The position numbers were made by a program, and so were the translations under genes. This document shows positions 41,916 to 50,323 of a stretch of 64,000 bases of DNA, one piece after another. The stretch spans positions 186,001 to 250,000 of the IMG/VR virus record IMGVR_UViG_3300044680_000280; one strand, 5' to 3'. Position 1 is the stretch's first letter. The number at the start of each line of letters is the position of its first letter. The notes under the pieces were generated by a model. It did not search any database, was not told where the DNA came from, and saw only the letters and a list, made by a program, of their open reading frames with translations.

Positions 41916-42191
41916 TTATTTTTTCAACGAATCTACGAGTTTTTCGATTTCCTCGGAGCTCGCCTTTGACACGGAAACCATGACGATTCGCGGCTCAGAG
42001 AGTTCGTGAAGCATCCTAAGAATAACCGAGGGTGATTCTAGGGGAGCTCCTGCATCGGGTCTGGTGGCGCCCATAAAAACCAGGTCCTCAACTATCTCCC
42101 CACCATTCGCTATAGTGATCGAACTGTTAAGATGTTGGAAACAGCGTTTCCTCAATTCTGCAATCTCTACCGCTGACAGACATCTAGACAT
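41916..42191 (-). CDS. hypothetical protein
   Basis: ATG 42191 with GAGG RBS, lies between tRNAs. Confidence 0.55.
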   Translation of the reverse strand: MSRCLSAVEIAELRKRCFQHLNSSITIANGGEIVEDLVFMGATRPDAGAPLESPSVILRMLHELSEPRIVMVSVSKASSEEIEKLVDSLKK

Positions 42192-42212
42192 GAGATTTCC
42201 CTCACAAAAGAG

Positions 42213-42288
42213 TAGCCTCCACGCCGTGAGTCGAACACGGTGCAGCATCCTTCGCACGGATGAGCCAGGAATCCGCCTGGACGTGGAG
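42213..42288 (-). tRNA. tRNA-Arg(GCG)
   Basis: CATCC-GTGCGAA-GGATG anticodon arm. Confidence 0.75.
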
Positions 42289-42365
42289 AGTTGTGCCCCC
42301 GATTGCCGGTCGGATGGGAGCGGGTACTTTCGTCCCCCGAGGGGACCCGGTAGGTTATGAACCCC

Positions 42366-42551
42366 TCAACAGGCGTCCCAAAGGACGGTGCCGGGGTGGC
42401 GATTTTGAAGTTCGTCGTAGCGTTCGTGACTCATGAGATGACGCTCTAAAGCCCTCGCGCTACGCCAGTAGGCTTGCTTATAGGAGACAAGACGTCCCCA
42501 CCAACGACCGTGACACTTCTGCTTGTTCTTTCGACGATGATTCGTGTGCAT
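42366..42551 (-). CDS. small basic protein
   Basis: GGAGG RBS; MHTNHRRKNKQK..., R/K/H/W-rich. Confidence 0.6.
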   Translation of the reverse strand: MHTNHRRKNKQKCHGRWWGRLVSYKQAYWRSARALERHLMSHERYDELQNRHPGTVLWDAC

Positions 42552-42606
42552 GAGTCCCTCCAAATTTAGAGGGGGACTCCTTTTTGCTGCTGCATTTCGA
42601 ACTCCT

Positions 42607-42960
42607 TCAGACTGAAAATGAGCCGCCGCAGTTACAACTGGACGCCTCATTCGGGTTGATGAACTTGAAGCCTTGGCGCATGAGAGTCTGTTCCCATTCG
42701 AGTGTCATCCCGTTCAAATAGAGCAGGCTCTTCGGATCAACAACGATCCGAACAGGGGAGCCGTCCGATGACGTGTAGTCGAAGACCATGTCACGGGACC
42801 CAGGCTCCCCATCGTGAAACTGTATGACGTACGAGAATCCAGAACACCCCCCGCCTTTGACACCGAGCCGTAGACTCGTGTTTGGAATGTCCCTCTTTTT
42901 GATCTGACGAGCCACCGCATCAATTGCGGAGGGCGTCAAAGTGATCTGAGAATCAGGCAT
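42607..42960 (-). CDS. iscA: A-type Fe-S cluster carrier (IscA/HesB)
   Basis: RLGVKGGGCSGFSY, FINPN..SCNCGGSF. Confidence 0.92.
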   Translation of the reverse strand: MPDSQITLTPSAIDAVARQIKKRDIPNTSLRLGVKGGGCSGFSYVIQFHDGEPGSRDMVFDYTSSDGSPVRIVVDPKSLLYLNGMTLEWEQTLMRQGFKFINPNEASSCNCGGSFSV

Positions 42961-42978
42961 AATCCTTAGTTTAGCATT

Positions 42979-43050
42979 TGGTGTCTCTGCCCGAAGTCGA
43001 ATCGGGTAGCCAACCTTCGGAGAGTCGGCGCGGGATCCGCCCGCAGAGAC
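42979..43050 (-). tRNA. tRNA-Arg(CCG), reduced D arm
   Basis: Loop CTCCGAA, CCA. Confidence 0.72.
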
Positions 43051-43053
43051 GTT

Positions 43054-43130
43054 TGGTACCCTCGGAAGGATTCGAACCTTCAACCTTTCCGATAGAAGCG
43101 GACAGCTCTAATCCGTTGAGCTACGAGGGT
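43054..43130 (-). tRNA. tRNA-Arg(TCT)
   Basis: Canonical cloverleaf with CCA. Confidence 0.88.
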
Positions 43131-43131
43131 G

Positions 43132-43206
43132 TGGAGAGCCCGTTCGGAGTTGAACCGAACAATAACGGGTTTGCAATCCGTCCCCGCCACCGGGCGAATC
43201 GGGCTC
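43132..43206 (-). tRNA. tRNA-Cys(GCA)
   Basis: GCA loop, U73, CCA. Confidence 0.85.
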
Positions 43207-43256
43207 ATAAATGGTATGGTGTTTGTTATCTACCCTTATGGTGTAGATAACAAACC

Positions 43257-43640
43257 ATGGAAGTTCAACGCACGGAAAAAGGTCGAGGCATCTTCGCCAC
43301 GAAAGACTACAGAAAAGGCGAGGTCGTAGAACAGGCGGAGGTCATCATCTTCCCCAAAAAGGAACTTCCTAACGACAACGTCCTGGCCTTCTACGTGTTT
43401 GAGTGGCCCGGTCCGTACTACGCCCTGGCGCTCGGGAACGGCTCGCTATTCAATCACTCGTACGAACCGAACATGATCTACCTCGCCTACCCGAAGCGAG
43501 CCCAGATGTGGTTCCAAGCACTCCGCCGTATCAAAGAAGGTGAGGAGCTCACGATCAATTACAACGGAGATCCAAAGAACAACGAGATCATCGAATTCCT
43601 GGACCCAAAACGGGCGAAAAGGGCTCGAGGTGGTGTCTAG
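43257..43640 (+). CDS. SET-domain lysine methyltransferase
   Basis: KGRGIFA, FNHSYEPN, GEELTINY. Confidence 0.92.
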   Translation: MEVQRTEKGRGIFATKDYRKGEVVEQAEVIIFPKKELPNDNVLAFYVFEWPGPYYALALGNGSLFNHSYEPNMIYLAYPKRAQMWFQALRRIKEGEELTINYNGDPKNNEIIEFLDPKRAKRARGGV

Positions 43641-43759
43641 TGGAGAATGCGACGTCCAGTGTCGACGAATAGCTCGAGAGCGCCGTAGGCCACGAGCAGT
43701 GTCACCGCAAGAGTGACCGCACTTGCACCGATAACCGTTACCCAGTCCTTGAGTTTCAT
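43637..43759 (-). CDS. small membrane protein
   Basis: MKLKDWVTVIG..., one TM segment; GGAG RBS. Confidence 0.5.
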   Translation of the reverse strand: MKLKDWVTVIGASAVTLAVTLLVAYGALELFVDTGRRILH

Positions 43760-43770
43760 GAGGAGCTCCG

Positions 43771-44037
43771 TTAGTTGAGAGAGGGATCCTGCCACTTGCT
43801 CTTGCGATACTCCCGGAGGCGGACCATTTCCTTCTGGTACTCTTCCTCGGCGAAAGGCACGCACGTCGTCATCTCGAGTCTCCGGGAGGTCGGCATCTCT
43901 TCTCGTAGCTTGTGACGGGCGGCGACCTCGGCTCCCTCCGTGGAATCCGCGTCGACCCAGGTCGACGGCGAGACTGTCTCATTGACAACCCCGGCTCTAC
44001 GCTCGAAGTGCTCGAAGGAAACCCAATAGTGTCCCAT
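43771..44037 (-). CDS. hypothetical protein
   Basis: 88 aa, divergent from 44054 across a palindromic spacer. Confidence 0.7.
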   Translation of the reverse strand: MGHYWVSFEHFERRAGVVNETVSPSTWVDADSTEGAEVAARHKLREEMPTSRRLEMTTCVPFAEEEYQKEMVRLREYRKSKWQDPSLN

Positions 44038-44056
44038 GGTGTATCCTTACACCATG
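44035..44056. promoter_or_regulatory. palindromic back-to-back GGTGTA promoter pair
   Basis: CATGGTGTA-TCCT-TACACCATG between two divergent ATGs. Confidence 0.7.
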
Positions 44057-44380
44057 AGCAATGCAAAACGCCCGGAAACTGGCGCAATGAAGTTTGGCGA
44101 CGATTGGACTGGCACATTCCTACGCGGGGACGACGCCATTCCGTATGCGATGAGCCTCGACCAAGTTCTTGACTTCATTGAGAAAGATGCCGCGCCGGAG
44201 GTTCAGATCCAAGTCACGGTCCTCCGAGGACTCGCGGACACCTTGCGGTCATCGAACGAGATCATCAGCCCGAAGGGGCAAATTATGCGCCCGTTCGAGG
44301 ATTGTCTCCCGAAAAAGGAGGCGGCGTGTCCGGTATGCAAACATCCGTGGTTTCACTACACGTACTGCGCGAACCGCTAG
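44054..44380 (+). CDS. hypothetical protein
   Basis: ATG 10 nt after GGTGTA; C-terminal CPVC. Confidence 0.7.
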   Translation: MSNAKRPETGAMKFGDDWTGTFLRGDDAIPYAMSLDQVLDFIEKDAAPEVQIQVTVLRGLADTLRSSNEIISPKGQIMRPFEDCLPKKEAACPVCKHPWFHYTYCANR

Positions 44381-44625
44381 TCCTCGTCGGACTCATCAAT
44401 GCCGAGCTCCCTGAGGAGTTCTTTCATGGCCAACGCATGAGCCGCGCGCGTCATCACATCGGGGCAGACGTGCCCCGGATAAAGCTGGTAATTACACTCT
44501 GGACACCACGACTTGTCCCAACACGGCTTGCACGAGAATCGCCCGTGTCCAAGATGGACCGACGGTTTCACATCACAGGATTCGCACGGTTCATTCTCGT
44601 ACGACTCCGGGGAGAACATTTTCAT
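44377..44625 (-). CDS. small zinc-finger protein
   Basis: Three CxxC. Confidence 0.6.
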   Translation of the reverse strand: MKMFSPESYENEPCESCDVKPSVHLGHGRFSCKPCWDKSWCPECNYQLYPGHVCPDVMTRAAHALAMKELLRELGIDESDED

Positions 44626-44948
44626 CCGAGCTTAAGCCTGTCCAGGCCCCGCGGGTTGATTAGTCCCACGCTAACCCACGCATGGCGATCGTCCTTATTG
44701 AACTCGAGCGGGGAAATCCACCGACCGTTCGGATCTTCCCCGTAGAGGGACCCGTCCTCGCTCCGATGAACAACCATCCGCATGTAACCGTGGTAGGTTG
44801 GAGAAAGAATCTCGTCCCCCTCTTTGATGTCGTCCTCCTTGAGCAGCGCTTCCTCGACCCCCTCCTTACGGATCTCGCACCCGAGGTATTCGTAGCACTT
44901 GAAACCGATCTTTACGGGATTCGGCTCACTTCCATTCTCTTGTGACAT
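44622..44948 (-). CDS. hypothetical protein
   Basis: GGTGTA 11 nt upstream. Confidence 0.7.
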   Translation of the reverse strand: MSQENGSEPNPVKIGFKCYEYLGCEIRKEGVEEALLKEDDIKEGDEILSPTYHGYMRMVVHRSEDGSLYGEDPNGRWISPLEFNKDDRHAWVSVGLINPRGLDRLKLG

Positions 44949-45090
44949 GAAAGTCCACTTACACCGATACCGTGTACACGTACACGGAAAAAGAGGTCAG
45001 GGCCGAAGGATGCGACATGGGGCAACCGTCTCGTACCGGTTCCACGTAAATCAGCCTCCACGGGCACCGAGAAACCATGCCACTGACCAG

Positions 45091-45162
45091 AGCGGAAGAA
45101 GGGATTCGAACCCTCGACGTTTTGCTTGGCAAGCAAATACTCTACCACTGAGTTACTCCCGC
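45091..45162 (-). tRNA. tRNA-Gly(GCC)
   Basis: Canonical cloverleaf. Confidence 0.92.
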
Positions 45163-45204
45163 ACTCCTACGCTATTCCCATGGAAAGAAGCAGCGCAAGA
45201 TTTG

Positions 45205-45276
45205 AGCAGATGGGGGGACTCGAACCCCCGACGTACAGCTTGGAAGGCTGACACTCTACCACTGAGTTACACCTGC
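45205..45276 (-). tRNA. tRNA-Gly(TCC)
   Basis: Canonical cloverleaf. Confidence 0.92.
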
Positions 45277-45304
45277 GAAATTATTGATACGTTACGTCAA
45301 GATC

Positions 45305-45811
45305 ATGGCGGACACACTGGGCGATAGACTCAAAGGTTGGGCGGATAAACTCAAAGGTTGGGCGGCGATCATCACCGCCGTCGGAGCGCTCGTCGTCTCC
45401 GTAGAAAAAGCTGTCCAAAAGCCCGAAGAACCAGCCGCAAAAGTCAGCTACTCGGAGCTCTCGAAAGCCGTCGAGCAAACATCAAAAGCGACCGTCCAAA
45501 ATCACGATGACCTCGTCGCCCTCCGCGCCTATCTGAAGGGTAAGCTCGAAGATCTTCGAGACCGCGACGGAGATGGCATTAGGGACGAGCTCGAAGAGGG
45601 CGAGGAACTCCAAAGGGAGGGTCCGAAGGCACCCCTTAAGAAACCCTCCAAACCCCAAACCGTCGGAGGCGGACTGCATTTGGTCGACGCGGGGGCCCCG
45701 TGGGCGCCCCCTACCCCGGCCCCCGCTCCCGCCATGGCGGAACCCCTCCCGCCGATCGGAAATCGGCCAGTTCCCTACAACGCACCACCGGCAGACGCGG
45801 TTTTCAAGTAA
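45305..45811 (+). CDS. membrane-anchored Pro-rich hypothetical protein
   Basis: N-terminal TM, coiled coil, Pro-rich tail. Confidence 0.6.
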   Translation: MADTLGDRLKGWADKLKGWAAIITAVGALVVSVEKAVQKPEEPAAKVSYSELSKAVEQTSKATVQNHDDLVALRAYLKGKLEDLRDRDGDGIRDELEEGEELQREGPKAPLKKPSKPQTVGGGLHLVDAGAPWAPPTPAPAPAMAEPLPPIGNRPVPYNAPPADAVFK

Positions 45812-45813
45812 AC

Positions 45814-45888
45814 TGGAGCCGCCCGCGGGAATCGAACCCGCCTAGACCCGTTTACAAAACGGGGGCATCGCCTTGATGCTAGGACGGC
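45814..45888 (-). tRNA. tRNA-Thr(TGT)
   Basis: Cloverleaf with CCA. Confidence 0.88.
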
Positions 45889-45889
45889 G

Positions 45890-45964
<75 letters not shown>

Positions 45965-46206
45965 GTTCGTAACGTTACTGTTTGTGTAGCTCCCGGATTG
46001 GTATGAGCTACAATAAAAGTGTCGAGAAGGCGATGTTTGGCATCGTGCTCTGTATCGTGCTGCTCGCTAGGTACCTACTCACAATGTGAGGGGTCGATGG
46101 ACGATCGGGTTCACTGGGTGCTACGCGGAACTTCGTTCCTGGTCCTTTTACTGCTCTCGGTCATACATCGGTGCTGAAGACATTCTATTTATGACTCTAT
46201 GGTAAC

Positions 46207-46545
46207 ATGTACTTCTACGACAGGCGAGCCAACACAACCGTTACCTACATGAAGCTCAGGTCGGGGGATTGGGGCCTACGAGGGTACAACTTAAAAGAGC
46301 ACTCGACAGTCCAAGTCAAGAAGAAGGACGGGACCTCAAAAACAGAGACGGTTGGAAAGGTCGTCTGGCGAGGTGATGACGGACTGACCTTTGCCGCCAT
46401 CGGTAAGGGTCACAGCCCCAACGAAAGTGGTGGAGGGGGTCACTCTTATGATCGACGTGCTCCGCGCGGAAAGTATGAGTGCGAGGAGTGCGGAGAATAC
46501 GTCACCCCAGGCACACGGTGCTGGGAAACAGGAATGATGCACTGA
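46207..46545 (+). CDS. hypothetical protein (YxYDRR N-terminus, C-terminal Cys cluster)
   Basis: MYFYDRR...; ECEECGE...CWETG. Confidence 0.7.
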   Translation: MYFYDRRANTTVTYMKLRSGDWGLRGYNLKEHSTVQVKKKDGTSKTETVGKVVWRGDDGLTFAAIGKGHSPNESGGGGHSYDRRAPRGKYECEECGEYVTPGTRCWETGMMH

Positions 46546-46546
46546 G

Positions 46547-46617
46547 TGGACCGCCGGAGAGTCGAACTCCGATTTCTTCCTTGCGGAGGAAGCACACGCC
46601 CGTTGTGTTAGCAGCCC
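46547..46617 (-). tRNA. tRNA-Ala(CGC), atypical (C33)
   Basis: G3:U70; loop TCCGCAA. Confidence 0.78.
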
Positions 46618-46705
46618 ATTTGTCAGGGTGAGGCGTGAGCCCCTTTTGCTGTATTCCACGGCCCCAGTGAGAAGCCCAGCAAGGTCCGACCTGACTTACC
46701 CGCAG

Positions 46706-46778
46706 TTGGCACGAGAGGACTCGAACCTCCGACCCCTACCGTGTCAAGGTAGTGCTCTAACCACTGAGCTACGCGCCA
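46706..46778 (-). tRNA. tRNA-Val(GAC)
   Basis: Canonical cloverleaf. Confidence 0.92.
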
Positions 46779-46788
46779 GTTTTACTAC

Positions 46789-46862
46789 TAGTGGACGAGT
46801 AGGGAGTCGAACCCTATTGCGACTGCTTGCAAGGCAGTGCCCCGTACCCCACGGTCAAGCCC
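46789..46862 (-). tRNA. tRNA-Ala(TGC), atypical
   Basis: TGC loop, G3:U70, imperfect acceptor. Confidence 0.72.
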
Positions 46863-46877
46863 ATTGTTTCTACTTCG

Positions 46878-46950
46878 TGGAGCTGGAGGGGATCGAACCC
46901 TCTACCTCGACCATGCCATGGTCGCGCTCTCCCAGGTGAGCTACAGCCCC
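46878..46950 (-). tRNA. tRNA-Ala(GGC)
   Basis: Canonical cloverleaf. Confidence 0.92.
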
Positions 46951-47358
46951 ATTCACTACGATTCAAGTCAAGATGAAAAACTCGGGGTACTCCCCTATGC
47001 CCCCGAGTCTAGTCCTACCGCCTTTTATTCCTGTACGCGCGTCTCCAGCACGGACGACAAGAGTACACGCGACCCAAAATCTGTTGGGCAATTCGGCACC
47101 ATTGACACATTGGCAGTCACCTCCTTTCGATAGGGAGGCGCTGCTACGGCGGGACGGTGGTCCCTTCAGTGGTGACGAAGAGGTTCATGGTTGATCACCT
47201 TCATCCAAGATACGCGAACTAAAAGAGCTCACCAGAGCACCCAATTCCGGGTGATTTTCTGGTTCACGGCACCATTTGCTGTACTCCTCAAAACATACAG
47301 GGGACAGAAACCAAGGCCCCCAGCCCAAACGAAACCAAACAACGCGTTTCATAGGGCG

Positions 47359-47679
47359 TCAGAAGTCAGAAGCTTTTTCAGCGGCGAGCTTGGCTTCGAG
47401 GAGCTTTCGTCCGGCTGCCTGAGCGGGAGTCTCCGCCGAGGCGATGCCCGGAACGAGCAGGGCGATAGCCGTGATGGTCACGTTCACGAGATCCGTCGTG
47501 GTAACGACACCACCGAGCTGACCCGCGATCTGCGGAACGACCGCAACGATCACGGGAAGAGCCACCGCGAGCCACTTGGGGAGCTTCGCCCAAATGGGCT
47601 GAAGCGCCGTCAGAGTCTTCGAAGAGGCGAGGAGAATGGCGGATGCGTCCGCCGCAATCACAACAGGATTCAAGTCCAT
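47359..47679 (-). CDS. small multi-TM membrane protein, holin-like
   Basis: 2-3 hydrophobic segments, charged C-terminus. Confidence 0.55.
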   Translation of the reverse strand: MDLNPVVIAADASAILLASSKTLTALQPIWAKLPKWLAVALPVIVAVVPQIAGQLGGVVTTTDLVNVTITAIALLVPGIASAETPAQAAGRKLLEAKLAAEKASDF

Positions 47680-47689
47680 GCCAATAAAT

Positions 47690-48337
47690 CTACGACATGG
47701 TATCTATTCGTGCAAGCTCGGTCGTGAGTATCTGATGTAAGGATTTGGCCCTCTCCTTCCAGTAGGCGTGGAATGTATCGTCCACCGGTTGTGCAATACC
47801 GGCAGGTACAGACTGACGATAGGGACTTCCATTTCTATCATCTGTAACCCACTTCCATATATGGCGAGTGTCTCGCTCCACAAAAGGGACTCCAGAGATG
47901 GCGGATATTAGAGGGTGCACATCCGTACCAGTCATAGACGGTGTCTTAGCAAGCTGCGAGGCTACCGCCCTGATCGACAGCTCGAAATCGAGCACAAGGC
48001 TACTAGTCCTTAAAACCAAATCAGAAAAACGCTTCAATGGATCTATGCCGTGTGTGTGGAGGCACATACCATAATGGAATAGATCGTCCGTGTTCCCGAC
48101 GCCGCCATCCTCGCCCAAAATTATTTTCGTGGCGATGGGTCCAGCGAGACACACTATAGCCTCCTGCACCACAGTCTCGACGTCCTCCAAATGCAGGTAC
48201 TCCGGGAGAATAGGGAGGAGTGGTACGGTCCTGGGAGGCGAAAGGGCAACGAATACGCCCTCTAAGAGTGCCCCGTAAGCGTGATACGCAACCGCGTGCC
48301 CCGCCTCATGCACACAAATGGCCTCTAGTGAAATCAC
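47690..48337 (-). CDS. M41-like HEXXH metallopeptidase domain protein
   Basis: HEAGHAV, LAGPIA, GNTDD. Confidence 0.7.
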   Translation of the reverse strand: MISLEAICVHEAGHAVAYHAYGALLEGVFVALSPPRTVPLLPILPEYLHLEDVETVVQEAIVCLAGPIATKIILGEDGGVGNTDDLFHYGMCLHTHGIDPLKRFSDLVLRTSSLVLDFELSIRAVASQLAKTPSMTGTDVHPLISAISGVPFVERDTRHIWKWVTDDRNGSPYRQSVPAGIAQPVDDTFHAYWKERAKSLHQILTTELARIDTMS

Positions 48338-48351
48338 GGTAACCTCCTAAA

Positions 48352-48431
48352 TGGTGGACGAGTCGAGATTCGAACTCGACAGCGGAATAGAGTGAGCACT
48401 CCAGAGCCACCCCACTGCCCCATGGCCGCCC
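48352..48431 (-). tRNA. atypical tRNA with CAC anticodon and Ala-like acceptor
   Basis: GGGCGG/TCGTCC-A-CCA, 6-bp T stem, loop CTCACTC. Confidence 0.55.
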
Positions 48432-48442
48432 ATACTTTATTG

Positions 48443-48516
48443 TAGCGGGCTGTGAGGGAATCGAACCCTCTCGCTAGAGTTTTGGAGGCTCTGCCGTCAC
48501 CATGACTGTACAACCC
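48443..48516 (-). tRNA. tRNA-Trp(CCA)
   Basis: Loop CTCCAAA. Confidence 0.82.
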
Positions 48517-48539
48517 AATTTGGGAACCTAAGTTCCCAG

Positions 48540-48616
48540 CGGGGCTAGCGGGATTTGAACCCTGCGATCTCCACATTGACAGTGTGGCGGGGACGGCCGA
48601 ACTCCCCTATAGCCCC
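48540..48616 (-). tRNA. tRNA-Asp(GTC)
   Basis: GTC loop, G73, bulged T stem. Confidence 0.85.
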
Positions 48617-48795
48617 AAGTTTTTCGTTTTACATTCACACGGTGCATTCGGGTGTCCACTCATCGGGCACTCAGCATCATGTTGCTTCATCATCGCTAAG
48701 TACAAGCATTCGTCAGAACAGAACTGACCGCCCTCCCCGCACGCGATAAACGTATCGGGAATAACCCCAAAACACTTAGGATTCTTTTCTTCCAT
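48607..48795 (-). CDS. small Cys-rich protein
   Basis: MEEKNPKCFG...FCSDEC. Confidence 0.5.
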   Translation of the reverse strand: MEEKNPKCFGVIPDTFIACGEGGQFCSDECLYLAMMKQHDAECPMSGHPNAPCECKTKNLGL

Positions 48796-48797
48796 GT

Positions 48798-48873
48798 TGG
48801 TGCCCCCGACAGGATTCGAACCTGCGACCTTCGGTTTAGGAAACCGCCGCTCTGTCCGTTGAGCTACGAGGGC
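48798..48873 (-). tRNA. tRNA-Arg(CCT)
   Basis: Canonical cloverleaf with CCA. Confidence 0.93.
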
Positions 48874-49190
48874 GTAAATGTCGCGTGGACGCTCGGAACT
48901 TGACCGGCGTTCCACAAATCGGCAAGGGCGGTGCGACCCGCACTCGAGGAAAAGAATGACAGGTACACGGTCTTCAGAGAAGACTCATCCAAGGAACGCT
49001 TCAAATCAGAAAGGCCTATACACCATTGAATGCGATGGCCATCCTTGTCGTCAAGAGCGGACCCGTAACCGATCAGCCGACGAAACGGGCTATCAAGGGG
49101 AACTACAGTCAGCCCAGTTCGCTTGACGTACTTGAGAACGCAGTCTTCCAACTGGAAGATATTGGTGCAAATGACTTCTTCGGTGTCCAT
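48864..49190 (-). CDS. hypothetical protein
   Basis: 108 aa; GGTGTA upstream. Confidence 0.6.
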   Translation of the reverse strand: MDTEEVICTNIFQLEDCVLKYVKRTGLTVVPLDSPFRRLIGYGSALDDKDGHRIQWCIGLSDLKRSLDESSLKTVYLSFFSSSAGRTALADLWNAGQVPSVHATFTPS

Positions 49191-49395
49191 CTGAGTGTGA
49201 TTCCTTCTACACCAGACGTTCCGATAGAAAGAAAATTGTGGGCTGGAAAGGTTGGCCTAACCCTCCTTACGGCTCGGCGATCTACCGAGAGCCCTTCGTG
49301 TTCACCCTCACCAGTCGGTCAAGTACCAGTGAGTTTGCGATTCCTCTCATCTCTCCAATGGTCCACCGAAGCGAAAGCTTGAAGTGAGAGGACGG

Positions 49396-49521
49396 CGCCC
49401 GGTTTCCGATTCGAACGGAAAGCTTGTGCGGACTGTCGAAGAGCCCCTTTTTATGGGGGCGAGGAACAGACCTGGGTATCTCTAAACCAAAGAGGTGGGG
49501 AACCATTCCCCTATACCGGGC
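49396..49521 (-). ncRNA. tRNA-mimic RNA 1 with large variable-arm module
   Basis: GCCCGGT/ACCGGGC acceptor, D hairpin, TTCCG-TTCGAAT-CGGAA T arm, conserved insert. Confidence 0.7.
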
Positions 49522-49572
49522 ATAATTACTGCATCGTGACATCTCTGGGGTACGTGCACTATATCATGAAGG

Positions 49573-49989
49573 TTACATCCTAACCTTTCGTGTCTTCATG
49601 GCATGACAAAGTACACAAAGCAACTGTAAGTTGGTCATCGAGTTATTAGTCCGATCTCCGTCTATGTGATCAGCATCTAGTAGTGCCACAGGTACAAGGA
49701 TCCCTGCGATTCGCAGTTTGCACTGTGGACTTGCACACTCATTGGGCAAGTTCTGTAGCGCGAGCCTTCGGTACCCAATCGAGTTTCCATGTACAAAACG
49801 ACCGTGCTCTGGACCTGAGTGATAGACCTTATAGTTAAGATTATTGTATGTGTTCCGGCACGTTGTGTCGCAAAACACGTTTTGCGTTTTGCGTTTCTTT
49901 CTGCGCAACTGTGACACTAACGTACGGACCGGCTTACCGCACTGAGCGCATGGCAACACTATCGGAGGTAGTCTTTTACGTACTGACAC
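49573..49989 (-). CDS. HNH endonuclease with N-terminal zinc finger
   Basis: CAQCGK..FCDTTC; DHIDGDRTNN..NLQLLC..CH. Confidence 0.88.
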   Translation of the reverse strand: MSVRKRLPPIVLPCAQCGKPVRTLVSQLRRKKRKTQNVFCDTTCRNTYNNLNYKVYHSGPEHGRFVHGNSIGYRRLALQNLPNECASPQCKLRIAGILVPVALLDADHIDGDRTNNSMTNLQLLCVLCHAMKTRKVRM

Positions 49990-50030
49990 AGGGAAAGTAA
50001 GGGAATACGTTCGAGGTGTAGGGCGGAGTT

Positions 50031-50107
50031 TGGTTGCAATGGCGGGATTTGAACCCGCTACTTCCGGCTTCCAAGGCTGGCGCTCTATCCTGATGAGCTA
50101 CGTTGCG
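50031..50107 (-). tRNA. tRNA-Pro(TGG)-like with C1:A72 mismatch
   Basis: Loop CTTGGAA, T arm, CCA. Confidence 0.7.
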
Positions 50108-50138
50108 TGTGCGACCTACGAATTGAACGTTTTCCCAG

Positions 50139-50267
50139 GGCCGGGTGATGGATTCGAACCATCCGAGCGTGTGGACACCCATGGTGACTCCCGTCTGAGG
50201 GGAGCGAGGTTGGAAGTCGGTTATGATTCCCTATTGAGAGGAAGCGGGACCCAAGTCCCTACCCGGC
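50139..50267 (-). ncRNA. tRNA-mimic RNA 2 with large variable-arm module
   Basis: GCCGGGT/ACCCGGC acceptor, GGGAC/GTCCC D arm, GATGG-TTCGAAT-CCATC T arm. Confidence 0.7.
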
Positions 50268-50323
50268 ATACGATGACGAACTTCAAGGCGTCGTACTGTG
50301 CCTTCCCCTGATGGGGAAAATTT

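Noticed and set aside
42290-42365. GC-rich hairpins with GAAA and a TTCATAA loop, resembling a hammerhead or tRNA-Met half
   Set aside because: No CUGAUGA core, and no T arm or acceptor stem
46185-46205. TTTATGAC(T)TCTATGG shared with the upstream region of 61043, a possible late promoter
   Set aside because: Only two clear copies; other T-rich upstream matches are too loose to support a consensus
46960-47350. About 390-nt gap with a hairpin at 46980-47009
   Set aside because: No convincing ORF or recognisable RNA fold; no call can be supported
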